Notes: generated by a model not told the origin, from the letters alone. A stretch of DNA of 64,000 nucleotides from Alphaproteobacteria bacterium (GCA_038131935.1 JAYPQH010000037.1:1-64000), one strand, 5' to 3'; counted from the first letter of the stretch, positions 41,633 to 51,810 are shown. Numbers and translations are program-made.

Positions 41633-42079
41633 ATGGATAGATTTTGTTATTGGGTATTTAAATCTGAACCTGGAACTTGGTCATGGGAGCAGCAATGCGA
41701 TCGCGGGGATGAAGGTGAGGGTTGGGATGGTGTGCGTAACCATCAAGCTTCTAACAATATGAAGGCGATGCATGTTGGGGATCTAGGATTTTTTTATCAT
41801 TCCGTTAATGAAAAAAGAATTGTTGGTGTCGTTGATGTCATTGAAACCTACCATCCTGATCCAACAGACGAGACAGGAAAATGGGGCATGGTCCGGTTAC
41901 GGGCCTTAAAAACAGTTCCAGAGCCTGTAAGTTTAGCTGATATCAAAGCAAACCCTGCTCTAGATGGGCTGGCACTCATCAAACAATCGAGGTTATCGGT
42001 TGTCCCTGTAGCAGACCATCATTGGCAGGAGATCTGTCGCATGGCCAAGTTAAATCCTGTGCCCAAAATTGACCGATAA
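41633..42079 (+). CDS. EVE domain protein
   Basis: YWVFKSEP, WDGVRNHQA, GD.GFFYHS and SRLSVVPV motifs. Confidence 0.9.
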   Translation: MDRFCYWVFKSEPGTWSWEQQCDRGDEGEGWDGVRNHQASNNMKAMHVGDLGFFYHSVNEKRIVGVVDVIETYHPDPTDETGKWGMVRLRALKTVPEPVSLADIKANPALDGLALIKQSRLSVVPVADHHWQEICRMAKLNPVPKIDR

Positions 42080-42485
42080 GATGGACCTCGATCCTGAAGA
42101 TGCTCTGCCCAAAAGCGGCATGGTTTTGGCACATATTGAAGATTTAGCTCAGCAGCGTACGATGAGCTTGGAATTCCGTGTTGATGAACGTCTAGGTCGT
42201 CTGATTTTGGTATATCATGATGGTGAAGTCACTTGTTTCATCAACAAATGTCCTCATGCACGGGCACCCCTAGATTGGATTGGAGGGAGATGTCTTGATC
42301 CTACGGGGCGCTACCTTCAATGTGCAGTTCATGGCGCGTTATTTCGTATGTCAGATGGCTATTGCGTTAAGGGACCGTGTTATGGGGACAATCTTGAAAG
42401 CTTTCCCGTGATTGTTGAAGATAGTGTTGTGCTGGCTGCGAGAGGTGATGGTTCAGACCGCACGTATAAGCCGTTGGATGAATAG
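42069..42485 (+). CDS. Rieske [2Fe-2S] ferredoxin-like protein
   Basis: NKCPH...LQCAVHGALF...G.C..GPC.G..L motif. Confidence 0.88.
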   Translation: MTDKMDLDPEDALPKSGMVLAHIEDLAQQRTMSLEFRVDERLGRLILVYHDGEVTCFINKCPHARAPLDWIGGRCLDPTGRYLQCAVHGALFRMSDGYCVKGPCYGDNLESFPVIVEDSVVLAARGDGSDRTYKPLDE

Positions 42486-42590
42486 CCGACAGGCGCATGG
42501 TTTGGTAGGTAGCAAGGAATGAACAGATAATCGCCCACACAGAAACCAACAAAATGAAGAGATAGATGGGCTTGGAGGCAGGAGAAAAAA

Positions 42591-44528
42591 ATGAGTGACC
42601 TTTATGAAGTGCAACCTTCTTGGCGTGAAAAAGCTTTGCTGAATAATGAAGACTATCTCCAGATGTATCAACAATCCATTGATGATCCAGACGCATTCTG
42701 GGGAGAACAAGGTAAGCGCATTGATTGGATAACGCCCTACACAAAAGTGAAAAACACAAACTTTAACGGTCAAAACGTCTCAATCAAATGGTTTGAGGAT
42801 GGTGTTCTGAATGTTTGTGCCAATTGTGTTGATAGACATTTGCCAGAAAAAGCAAATCAAACAGCCCTTATCTTTGAAGGTGATGATCCTGAGGTGCATG
42901 AACATATCACCTATGCGCAGCTTCATAAACATGTGTGCCAGTTGGCTAATGCCTATAAACAGCTAGGTGTACAAAAGGGTGATAGGGTTACCATTTACAT
43001 GCCGATGATACCCCAGGCCGTTTACGCTATGTTGGCTTGTGCCCGTATTGGTGCGGTGCATTCGGTTGTTTTTGGCGGCTTTTCACCAGAAGCCCTGGCG
43101 GATAGGGTAAGAGATTGTGGTTCGAAGCTTGTTGTTACCGCAGACGAAGGATTGCGGGGCGGACGTAAAATACCACTTAAAGCCAACACTGATGAAGCAT
43201 TAAAAAAATGTGATCAAACCGTTAAAACTATTGTGGTACAGCGCACAGGTAATGATGTAGGTATGCAGGAGGCTAGGGACCATTGGTATCATGATATTAC
43301 CTCATCTCAGCCGGAGACATGCCCAGCAGAGCCAATGAATGCGGAAGATCCGCTTTTTATTCTCTATACTTCTGGGTCTACAGGAAAACCGAAGGGTGTC
43401 TTGCATACTTCTGGTGGGTATCTTGTGTACGCGTCCATGACGCACAAATATGTCTTTGATTATCAAGATGGAGATATTTACTGGTGTACTGCTGACGTCG
43501 GTTGGGTGACAGGCCATTCCTATATTGTGTATGGTCCACTTGCAAATGGCGCCACAAGTTTGGTTTTTGAAGGCGTGCCAAACTATCCCACAGCGTCACG
43601 TTTCTGGGATGTATGGGAAAAAGCATAAGGTTACAATATTTTACATGGCGCCAACGGCTATTCGCGCGTTGATGGGCAGTGCAGAGATGACTATGTAAAA
43701 CAAGCTGATCTCTCAAGCCTACGGGTTTTGGGCTCCGTGGGCGAACCGATCAATCCCGAAGCATGGCTTTGGTACTACAACCAAATTGGTAAGCAGAGCT
43801 GCCCAATTGTCGATACATGGTGGCAAACTGAGACAGGAGGGATTTTAATCACACCTCTTCCCGGCGCCACGGATTTAAAGCCAGGTTCAGCCACACGGCC
43901 GTTTTTTGGTGTGTTGCCGCAAATCGTTGATGCAGATGGTCAAGTATTGGAAGGCGCAGCGGAAGGAAATTTATGTATTGCAGACTCATGGCCTGGCCAG
44001 ATGCGAACAGTTTTTGGAGATCATGAGCGTTTTGTGCAAACCTATTTTAGCACCTATCAGGGCAAATATTTTACAGGTGATGGCTGTCGGCGAGATGAAG
44101 ATGGGTATTACTGGATTACAGGTAGGGTTGATGATGTGATCAATGTGTCAGGTCATCGAATGGGTACCGCGGAAGTGGAGTCTGCGCTGGTTGCTCATGA
44201 AAAAGTTTCCGAGGCTGCCGTGGTTGGTTACCCCCATGATATCAAAGGTCAAGGCATCTATGCCTACGTGACATTGATGGTGGGTGAGGAACCTTCGGAA
44301 GAGCTGCGCAAAGAGTTGGTCAAATGGGTTCGTCAGGAAATTGGTCCTATTGCATCACCAGATTTGATACAGTTTGCACCTGGGCTTCCAAAAACGAGAT
44401 CAGGAAAAATTATGCGTCGCATTTTGCGCAAGATCGCTGAGAATAGTTATGATAGTCTCGGAGATACATCTACCCTAGCAGAGCCTGCTGTGGTGGATGA
44501 TTTGATTGAAGGACGCATGAATAAGTAA
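42591..44528 (+). CDS. acs: Acetyl-CoA synthetase; two frameshifts near 43620 and 43685
   Basis: [47 protein letters not shown] and [16 protein letters not shown]. The linker [18 protein letters not shown] lies in an intermediate frame. Confidence 0.93.
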
Positions 44529-44625
44529 CATTGTTCCGCCTTTATCCTATCTCAAGCGCTCTGATCTACTGGTATTCAGGAGAGGCCGCTAAATATTCTC
44601 TCATCTATTACCATGAGGGAAGACG

Positions 44626-44986
44626 ATGCGTAGGTATTTTTTCTTAGGTACCATTATGGTGCCTGGTTATGTTTGGGCGGCCGGGATCGGTGCGGTTGCA
44701 CAACGGATAAGGGATGAGTTGACCGGGCATTGCCATGCTGCTTGAGGGTTATCGTTTCTTTCTAGGCCTGATCATGGCAATGATTGCAATCGGACGGCTT
44801 TTGGCGCATGGCCGTGATCCTATTCGTTTTTCTATGGGTGATGTTATTTGGCGTGCTGTGGCTGCGGCCATGTTCATTGCGCTACCTGAAGTTTTAGGGG
44901 TTGGGGTCAGCACACTTTTTGGTGAGAACGCGACCATTCTAGATAGCACAGGCGATGGTCTGGTGGGAGCATTAAGACTTGGTTGA
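44626..44986 (+). CDS. IcmD/DotP (DUF6750/TraR)-like small pilin-type membrane protein; frameshift at GGG near 44726
   Basis: MRRYFFLGTIMVPGYVWAAGIGAVAQRIRDELTG joined to IAMLLEG..FLGLIMAMIAIGRLLAHGRDPIRFSMGDVIWRAVAAAMFIALPEVLGVGVSTLFG. It has a signal-like N-terminus, two TMs flanking an H..(D/N)P loop, and an LP...G..T.FG tail as remembered for IcmD. Confidence 0.55.
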
Positions 44987-46427
44987 TGCTCAGGAATGTT
45001 TTCTCATTCGTCGTGCTCATCCAGTTTACAATATGTTGGCAGATTATATGATCATCACGCCGGATAAGGCAAAAACCCAACAAAATATTTACTTCGAGAG
45101 TTTTCGAAGTTCATGTCAACATAGGCATCCTGTTTGGCCTAAGCTGCAAAATTGTTGGGATTTATTGGCAGTAGAAAATCCCTCTTTGGATGTGGATGAC
45201 ATCTTGGCGCAACTTATTCCCCAGAGGGATGTTGTTTGGGTAATCTGGTTTCAATCAATGCTTTTTGAGGAACCTTTATGGCGTTCAGCACTTGAACGTG
45301 GGTTGGCAACGCTCGATAGGAATATAGCTGTACGAAGGAAGTGGATTGCTAAGCATAGCGATGAAAACCTGTCCGTTTTAAGTTTAAGACTTGTGGTTTT
45401 CGCCCAAGATCCTGTCCCTGATTTGTCTCTTTCTGGTTGTGTCATGAGATCTACCTCATTCCAGCAAGAAACAACCTATCTCCTCACCTATTCGCGGATC
45501 GCAAACCAACTAAAACCTAGAGAAACGCCTAGACCGCACGATAAGACGCAACCCATTTTGGCTGATCGCGCGCACCGGGCCTATTTGGCACCAAATTGGG
45601 GTCAAACAAACAAATGGGGCCTTTTGTTATCTGGTGGCCCCGCTAGTGGAAAAACCTCTTTGGCAAAAACATTTTTGCGACATGCTGCACGTCAAAATTA
45701 TCCTATACTTCATGTAGCATTGGAGGATGAATGGGGCGAGCATCTAACATGGGTAGATGATAAGCCATTCAAAAAAAGTTGGGCGCCTCAACCACCAGAC
45801 CCCATTTGCATCACCGCTGGTCCCCTCATGCAAACTGTCTTTGGCCAGTTTTTGGCACATTTGGATGGTCAAGATCATCATCGTGAAGACCGAGAGGATA
45901 TGTGGAAAGATTTTCAAGAGCGTATTCACCAACCTAAAATAAAAGATTTTGTGCAATCTCTTCTGGTAAGCCAGATAAAAACCAACAGCCCTGATCCCTC
46001 TGGCTATCAATTGATGATGTTTGCCGATCAATTTACCGATCAAGAGCCAAGTAAGTTTGTGAGGGGGCAACATATCATGGTGGGCAAATATCTTCGTCTT
46101 CATGCTAAGGATCCCTGGTTGGCAGATATCATGATTAGTTTGGAGGTTGCATCATTTATTGACGCGTGCATGGATGGTATTGCTGTTGTATGTCTGGACG
46201 ATGCGCATGTATATTCCGATGCGCCAATGATGAATTTTCTGATGGAATCTCTGCTGCGCAAAAGAGGAAGAGGAAAAGTCCACCTCATCGCTTCTTATCA
46301 GGATCAGAGCGATATCCCAAGTTACTGGCTCCAGCTGGCTACCCATCATTACAAAGCTGAGCTCGATCATTATAGCTTTGTGAACACAAAAGAAGACAAA
46401 TCTGTTGCGGTTCACATTCTCTCATGA
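44979..46427 (+). CDS. P-loop ATPase, divergent VirB4/IcmB(HerA-FtsK clan)-like
   Basis: Walker A GGPASGKT, Walker B VVCLDDAH, then LLRKRGRGKVHLIASYQDQSDIP..LAT, resembling the R..RK..h..SQ...D.....AT tail of VirB4-type ATPases. TTG start overlaps the upstream gene. Confidence 0.6.
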   Translation: MVDAQECFLIRRAHPVYNMLADYMIITPDKAKTQQNIYFESFRSSCQHRHPVWPKLQNCWDLLAVENPSLDVDDILAQLIPQRDVVWVIWFQSMLFEEPLWRSALERGLATLDRNIAVRRKWIAKHSDENLSVLSLRLVVFAQDPVPDLSLSGCVMRSTSFQQETTYLLTYSRIANQLKPRETPRPHDKTQPILADRAHRAYLAPNWGQTNKWGLLLSGGPASGKTSLAKTFLRHAARQNYPILHVALEDEWGEHLTWVDDKPFKKSWAPQPPDPICITAGPLMQTVFGQFLAHLDGQDHHREDREDMWKDFQERIHQPKIKDFVQSLLVSQIKTNSPDPSGYQLMMFADQFTDQEPSKFVRGQHIMVGKYLRLHAKDPWLADIMISLEVASFIDACMDGIAVVCLDDAHVYSDAPMMNFLMESLLRKRGRGKVHLIASYQDQSDIPSYWLQLATHHYKAELDHYSFVNTKEDKSVAVHILS

Positions 46428-46467
46428 CCAAAGATATCATATTTTGCTGCTTAAAACAGTTATGAGG

Positions 46468-46575
46468 CTTGAACTTTTTCTGTAAAGTGGCATTTATATA
46501 AGAATGAGAAGGGTCATCCTGACGCAGGGTGAATGCTCTGATGACCTGCCTCCCTCTTTAGTAATGGGTCATCAC
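46468..46575 (+). promoter_or_regulatory. Putative promoter plus structured 5' leader or sRNA upstream of the RND operon
   Basis: CTTGAA-N17-CATTTAT(AT). GGGTCATC (46511) and GGGTCATC (46566) can both pair with a central GATGACC (46540). CCTCCC lies in the loop of the second hairpin. Confidence 0.4.
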
Positions 46576-46576
46576 C

Positions 46577-47668
46577 ATGTTTTCCGCAAGAATTGTTGTT
46601 TTGTGTTTGTTGTTCGTGCAAGCAGCTTGGGCGCAAGAGAGACCATCTATGGTTGGTGTAGATGACGTTCGCCTGAGCCCTATCACACGGGATGTAAGCT
46701 TAATTGGTAAGGTTGTTGCCAACCAATCTGGACCGATTTCCAGTAACATTTCTGGGCGTGTTCAAACAGTTCTGGTCCGCGCAGGTGATGTTGTTAAAAT
46801 TGATGACCCAATGGTGATCATTGACCCAGAAGGTTTACAATTGAATGTGGAGCTTGCCCAAGGGCGTTTGCGCGAAGCCGTAGCGTCACTTCAGGTTGCT
46901 GAAGCTGAGCTACGTCAAGCAGAACGAGGTCTATCTCGTGCCAAGCAGCTACGCAATTCGGCAAGCTTTTCATCTGCAAGGCTCGAGGATGCGGAAGATG
47001 CTATCGTACGGGCACGGGCTTTGCAAACGCGTGCAGCTGCAGCAAAAAACCAGGCAGAGACGCAGCTATCACTTGCAGAAAAAGCCTTGCGTGAAGGGGT
47101 AATACGGGCCCCATTCAACGGGGTGGTCTTTGGCGTCATGGCCATACCGGGGGCCTATGTCACAACAGGTAGTCCTGTGGTGTCTATGGTAAATGTGGGA
47201 TCACTTGAGTTGGAAATTCCTCTACCCTCTCAATATCTGAGCCAAGTTACGATTGGATCTCAAGTTGTGCTTGGGGCAATGGGGGAAACACGTGTTTTGT
47301 CTGTCTCACGGATCATACCACGAGAAGACCCCCGAACACGGGCCCGACCTATTCGAATTGAATTGCCATTATCTGACGATTTTGTTGAAGGAAAATCTTT
47401 AGAGGTCTCCGTACGCTTGCGTGGGAAAGAGCGCCAATTAACAATGTCAAAAGACGCTCTGATTGATGGCCCTCGAGGGAAAATGGTATTCAAGATGGTC
47501 GATGGCGCAGCCATTGCGCAACCCGTTGTATTGGGAGAAAGCGTGGGGAACCGCTTCATTGTGAAGTCGGGTTTGCAAGATGGTGACAAGGTTGTGATCC
47601 GCGGGAATGAGCGCCTCCGACCAGGTCAAGCCATTAAAGCAATGCCAAAAGGGAGATCTCAGTCGTGA
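46577..47668 (+). CDS. RND efflux periplasmic adaptor (MFP) subunit
   Basis: SGRV..V.V..GD.V, alpha-hairpin, IRAPFNGVV and GL..GDKVV..G.ERLRPG motifs. Confidence 0.9.
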   Translation: MFSARIVVLCLLFVQAAWAQERPSMVGVDDVRLSPITRDVSLIGKVVANQSGPISSNISGRVQTVLVRAGDVVKIDDPMVIIDPEGLQLNVELAQGRLREAVASLQVAEAELRQAERGLSRAKQLRNSASFSSARLEDAEDAIVRARALQTRAAAAKNQAETQLSLAEKALREGVIRAPFNGVVFGVMAIPGAYVTTGSPVVSMVNVGSLELEIPLPSQYLSQVTIGSQVVLGAMGETRVLSVSRIIPREDPRTRARPIRIELPLSDDFVEGKSLEVSVRLRGKERQLTMSKDALIDGPRGKMVFKMVDGAAIAQPVVLGESVGNRFIVKSGLQDGDKVVIRGNERLRPGQAIKAMPKGRSQS

Positions 47669-50600
47669 TCTTAATTCGTCAGGCTATTGCGCGTCCAGCC
47701 GCCGTTTGTGCAGGCGTCTTTTTGATTGTTTTGTTTGGTTATGTGGGTTTGCAAAAAATCCCCATTCAATTGGTTCCAGATGTCGATCGTCCTGTTATTG
47801 TTGTAGAAACACAATGGCCTGGTGCGGCCCCTGCTGAAGTTGAAAGAGAGATTATCAACAAACAAGAAGAGCAACTCAAAGGTGTTAAAGGTGTCGAAAG
47901 TATGGAGGCCAGGGCACGCACTGGCCGCGCACAAATCACCTTGGAGTTTGGGGTTGGTCAAGATATTGATCAGGCGCTTATTCAGGTCGCCAACAGACTT
48001 GATAGGGTAAGTGGCTATCCTGATGAAGCTGATGAGCCAACATTAGAAACCTCCGGTTCTGAAGATAACCCCATAGCCTGGTTTGTGTTGAAGCGAAAAC
48101 CAGGAAATACCCAGCCCATGGTCACGTTTTCAGCATTGGTTGATGACGTGATTACAGAGGCCATAGAACGGGTTCCCGGTGTGAGCCGGACCAATGTATA
48201 TGGCAGTTCCGAAATCCAAATGCAGGTTCGCATTCGCCCAGAAAATTTGGCAATGTATCGACTAACCATAGATGATGTTGTTCGGTCGTTACGACAATCT
48301 AATGCATCCATTTCTGCTGGTGATCTTGACGAAGGTAAACGCCGCTATGTGATACGTGTGGAGTCAGACCTTGCAACTCCAGAGCTTGTTGGCGCTGTTG
48401 TGGTTCGGACGGATCCTGCCATTGGGAGGGTTTATGTCCGCGATATTGCTGAGATTGCAATGGCGTATCCAGACCCTGACTCCATTCGTCGTCATTTGGG
48501 AGAGGATGCAATTCCTTTCAACGCTGTTCGGGAAACAGGTGCAAATGTAATCTCGACAATGGCCAGAATTCGAGAAGTGGTTGATGATCTCAACAACGGT
48601 ATTTTAAAAGATAACGATCTTCATGTGCGAATGGTCTATGATGAAACCATCTATATTGAAGACGCCATAGATCTTGTTCAGGGAAATATTCTATTAGGTG
48701 CTGCATTTGCAGCCCTGATATTAATGCTGTTTTTAAGGTCCTGGCGCGCAACAACGGTGATATCCATCGCTATACCTGTATCTGTGATAGGAACATTTGT
48801 TGCGATGTCTCTTACGGGCAGAACCGTTAATGTCATATCCTTGGCGGGTATTGCCTTCGCGGTTGGCATGGTCGTTGATGCGGCGATTGTTGTGTTGGAA
48901 AATATTTATAGATTAAGGGAACGTGGGATGCCTTTGCACCAGGCGGCGTTTCATGGAGCCAATCAAGTATGGGGCGCAGTGCTGGTGTCAGCATTAACCA
49001 CGGTAATGGTCTTTATTCCTATCATGACAACAGACCTTGAGGTGGGGCAACTTTTTCGCGATATCGCCGTGGCCATATCGGTTTCTGTTCTTTTGTCTTT
49101 GTTGATTTCTATAACATTGATTCCTGCTTTATTTAGTTGGCTTTTTGCGGGTGGAACGGGCATCTCCACCAGAAGGCTGCCATTTATAGATGATATTGCT
49201 TCACTGTTCAGTAGAACCGTTTTGGGATTAGCGAGGCGCACAACTGGCTCTATGGTCCTAGGCCTAACTTTGGTTGCGGTCATGACGATGGGTGCTGTTT
49301 TTGTTTCATGGAAATTTCTCCCCAAGTTGGAATATCTACCAGAGGGAAATAACAATTTTGTTTTTGGGGTTATTTTGCCCCCACCAGGTTACAATTTGAA
49401 TACCTCTCAATCCATTGCTTCACGTGTTGAATCCCAGGTCGAAGATTTATGGGCAAGCAAAACCGGCCCAGAAGATAGCCCTGAAGGTCTACCAAAGTTT
49501 GACAACTTCTTTTTCGTCGCGAGGCAAGAGTTGAGCTTTATTGGTGGATCGTCCCTCAAACCAGAGCGGGCAGAAGAACTTATTCCCATTATGCGGAAAC
49601 CTATATTTTCTGAACCAGGAACTTTTGGTTTCATAAACCAACGGTCGATTTTTGGTCGTGGTATAGGTGGTGGTCGATCGATAGATGTTGATGTCATGGG
49701 TGATGACCTCAATGTTATTCTTCCAGTGGCGCAACAGGCTGCAGGCTTGATCTCACAGATATTACCCAGGGAAAAAGGCCATCAATTTCGGCCTCGACCA
49801 GGTTTAGAGCTGGGAGCACCAGAGGTTCGTGTAACACCCGATTATGTTCGATTAGGTGACAATGGCTTGACTGCTTCAGGTTTAGGTTTGGCCATAGATG
49901 CTGCGAACGATGGTGTCCGTGTTGCAGAAATCAATGTGGCAGGAAAACAAACAGATTTGGTTGTAAAAGGTTTTTCGGAGAGTTTTACGGCGACGCAACA
50001 GGTGGCAGAGATTCCCGTGGTGACGGGAAATGGTGAAATTGTGACGGCGGGAAGTTTAGCCGATGTTGAGGTTACAGCCGGACCAGTTGAAATTCGTCAT
50101 AGAGAGAGGTTCCGTACGATTACCCTGCAAGTACGGCCCTCAAAGTCCATGCCTCTAGAACAAGCCATGGATTTGTTGGAAACGGAAGTGCTGGCAAAAT
50201 TAAACGAACAAGGATTGCCAGAGGGGGTGCGTGTTGAACTCTCCGGAACAGCCGACAAGCTCACGGAGGCATCCCAAGCCCTTACGGGAGATTTGATCTT
50301 GGCTATTGTGATCGTCTATTTGGTCATGGTTGTCCTGTTTGAAAGCTTCATGTTCCCCTTAATCATTTTATTCACAGTCCCTATCGCGATGGCTGGTGGC
50401 GTGGGCGCTTTGGGTATTTTGAATATGTTCACGCTACAATCCTTAGATATGCTTACGCTTCTTGGGTTTATTATTTTGACAGGTATTGTGGTGAACAATG
50501 CCATCCTATTGGTGGATCAATCACTCATTGGGATCAGGGAAGAGGGACTGTCTATTGTTGAAGCTATTTTGGAGGCAGTACGTAACCGAATGCGGCCTAT

Positions 50601-50817
50601 TTTTATGTCGACCATTACCTCTTTGGTTGGGATGTTGCCACTGGTTTTGTTTCCAGGTGCTGGGTCAGAGCTATATCGCGGCTTGGGGACCGTTGTTGTT
50701 GGTGGTTTGGCTTTATCATCGCTTATTACCCTTCTCGTTATGCCGCCTCTGATTGCATTGATCGCAAAGCTGCGTGCTGAACAAACCAGGCAAGATCTTG
50801 TATCAAGCGAAGCTTAA
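47665..50817 (+). CDS. RND efflux permease (AcrB/AcrD/AcrF family)
   Basis: 1050 aa with GMVVDAAIVVLENI, GIVVNNAILLVD and RMRPIFMST motifs. Confidence 0.93.
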   Translation: MILIRQAIARPAAVCAGVFLIVLFGYVGLQKIPIQLVPDVDRPVIVVETQWPGAAPAEVEREIINKQEEQLKGVKGVESMEARARTGRAQITLEFGVGQDIDQALIQVANRLDRVSGYPDEADEPTLETSGSEDNPIAWFVLKRKPGNTQPMVTFSALVDDVITEAIERVPGVSRTNVYGSSEIQMQVRIRPENLAMYRLTIDDVVRSLRQSNASISAGDLDEGKRRYVIRVESDLATPELVGAVVVRTDPAIGRVYVRDIAEIAMAYPDPDSIRRHLGEDAIPFNAVRETGANVISTMARIREVVDDLNNGILKDNDLHVRMVYDETIYIEDAIDLVQGNILLGAAFAALILMLFLRSWRATTVISIAIPVSVIGTFVAMSLTGRTVNVISLAGIAFAVGMVVDAAIVVLENIYRLRERGMPLHQAAFHGANQVWGAVLVSALTTVMVFIPIMTTDLEVGQLFRDIAVAISVSVLLSLLISITLIPALFSWLFAGGTGISTRRLPFIDDIASLFSRTVLGLARRTTGSMVLGLTLVAVMTMGAVFVSWKFLPKLEYLPEGNNNFVFGVILPPPGYNLNTSQSIASRVESQVEDLWASKTGPEDSPEGLPKFDNFFFVARQELSFIGGSSLKPERAEELIPIMRKPIFSEPGTFGFINQRSIFGRGIGGGRSIDVDVMGDDLNVILPVAQQAAGLISQILPREKGHQFRPRPGLELGAPEVRVTPDYVRLGDNGLTASGLGLAIDAANDGVRVAEINVAGKQTDLVVKGFSESFTATQQVAEIPVVTGNGEIVTAGSLADVEVTAGPVEIRHRERFRTITLQVRPSKSMPLEQAMDLLETEVLAKLNEQGLPEGVRVELSGTADKLTEASQALTGDLILAIVIVYLVMVVLFESFMFPLIILFTVPIAMAGGVGALGILNMFTLQSLDMLTLLGFIILTGIVVNNAILLVDQSLIGIREEGLSIVEAILEAVRNRMRPIFMSTITSLVGMLPLVLFPGAGSELYRGLGTVVVGGLALSSLITLLVMPPLIALIAKLRAEQTRQDLVSSEA

Positions 50818-51338
50818 TTTTGTCTCCGAAAGGTCCAAGGAGGGGTAAAGCTTCCTTGGAATAAACCAAGTTTTTTTTGTTTCGCTTCATTCTCTTCCTG
50901 CACATATTTGTTGCTGTAGCGCCTATATGCCAAGGCCCAACCTTGTTCTACCATATGTTTTGCCAGATCTTTGTCGCCAGCATAACATTCAGCAATAATG
51001 CGCTTATAACGATCTCTTCCAATAATCTTACATGTAACCTTGGTATTTTGGGTCATGGAGATCATTACATTTTTGGCGATGAGGCCGCAGGGATAGGGTT
51101 GTTGGCTTAGGTTAAGGCAGGTTTGCTTCAATTCAGGTGCATCAATGCCGAAAAGACGAATACGCTGTCCATCAATGCGAAGGCTATCCCCATCAGAAAT
51201 GTATGCAGGACCAGATATCATGCTTAGAGCAGGACTTGCATTTAGCAGAATGCATAACCAAATAAACAGTGTTGCTCCATAGTGGAGAACCATTCCAGGG
51301 ATACGCTGAATGCTGTTCATCAGGTTTAGCTGGATCAT
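50814..51338 (-). CDS. Thermonuclease (SNase) family secreted nuclease (start may be 51293)
   Basis: SDGDSL, IRLFGIDAPE..Q.C, DRYKR, MV.QGWALAY and PW.FR motifs, plus a signal-like N-terminus. Confidence 0.9.
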   Translation of the reverse strand: MIQLNLMNSIQRIPGMVLHYGATLFIWLCILLNASPALSMISGPAYISDGDSLRIDGQRIRLFGIDAPELKQTCLNLSQQPYPCGLIAKNVMISMTQNTKVTCKIIGRDRYKRIIAECYAGDKDLAKHMVEQGWALAYRRYSNKYVQEENEAKQKKLGLFQGSFTPPWTFRRQN

Positions 51339-51379
51339 GGATGTTTAGCTTTGTTGCTCATGAGAGAATGAAGGAGTAC

Positions 51380-51810
51380 ATGATGAATAATTTGCAATCT
51401 TTTGACCTTTCCCCTTTGCCCGTTCAGTTATAGGCCTCGACAAAATTGAGCGCCTATTTACCTCTGCCATGGAAGGCGTAGGAAATGATGGATACCCCCC
51501 TTTCAATATAACGCGTGAAGGCGATATGGTCTATCGGATTGAGCTGGCAGTGGCTGGCTTTACCGACCAAGATCTTTCCGTAACAGTTAAGGAGAACACG
51601 CTCACGGTCAAAGGTGCCAAGCGTGATCCACAAGATGAGCGTGTTTATTTGCATCGTGGCATCGCAAACCGATCGTTTGAACGGTCCTTTACACTTGCAG
51701 ATCATGTGGTTGTTGAAGATGCTGCACTAAAGAATGGCATGTTGGAAATCCATCTCCGACGTGAGGTGCCCGAAGAGAAAAAAGCACGTGAGATTGCTAT
51801 CAACGTGTGA
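51380..51810 (+). CDS. ibpA: Small heat shock protein IbpA; frameshift near 51419
   Basis: AAGGAG RBS and MMNNLQSFDLSPL / RSVIGLD joined to GYPPFNI, YRIELAVAGF, YLHRGIA.RSFER.F.LAD and NGML.I. Confidence 0.9.

Noticed and set aside
46535-46575. CTGATGA as a hammerhead ribozyme core or fluoride riboswitch 3' end
   Set aside because: No GAAA/stem II-III architecture, and no GGnGATGG..TTC.CC 5' element.
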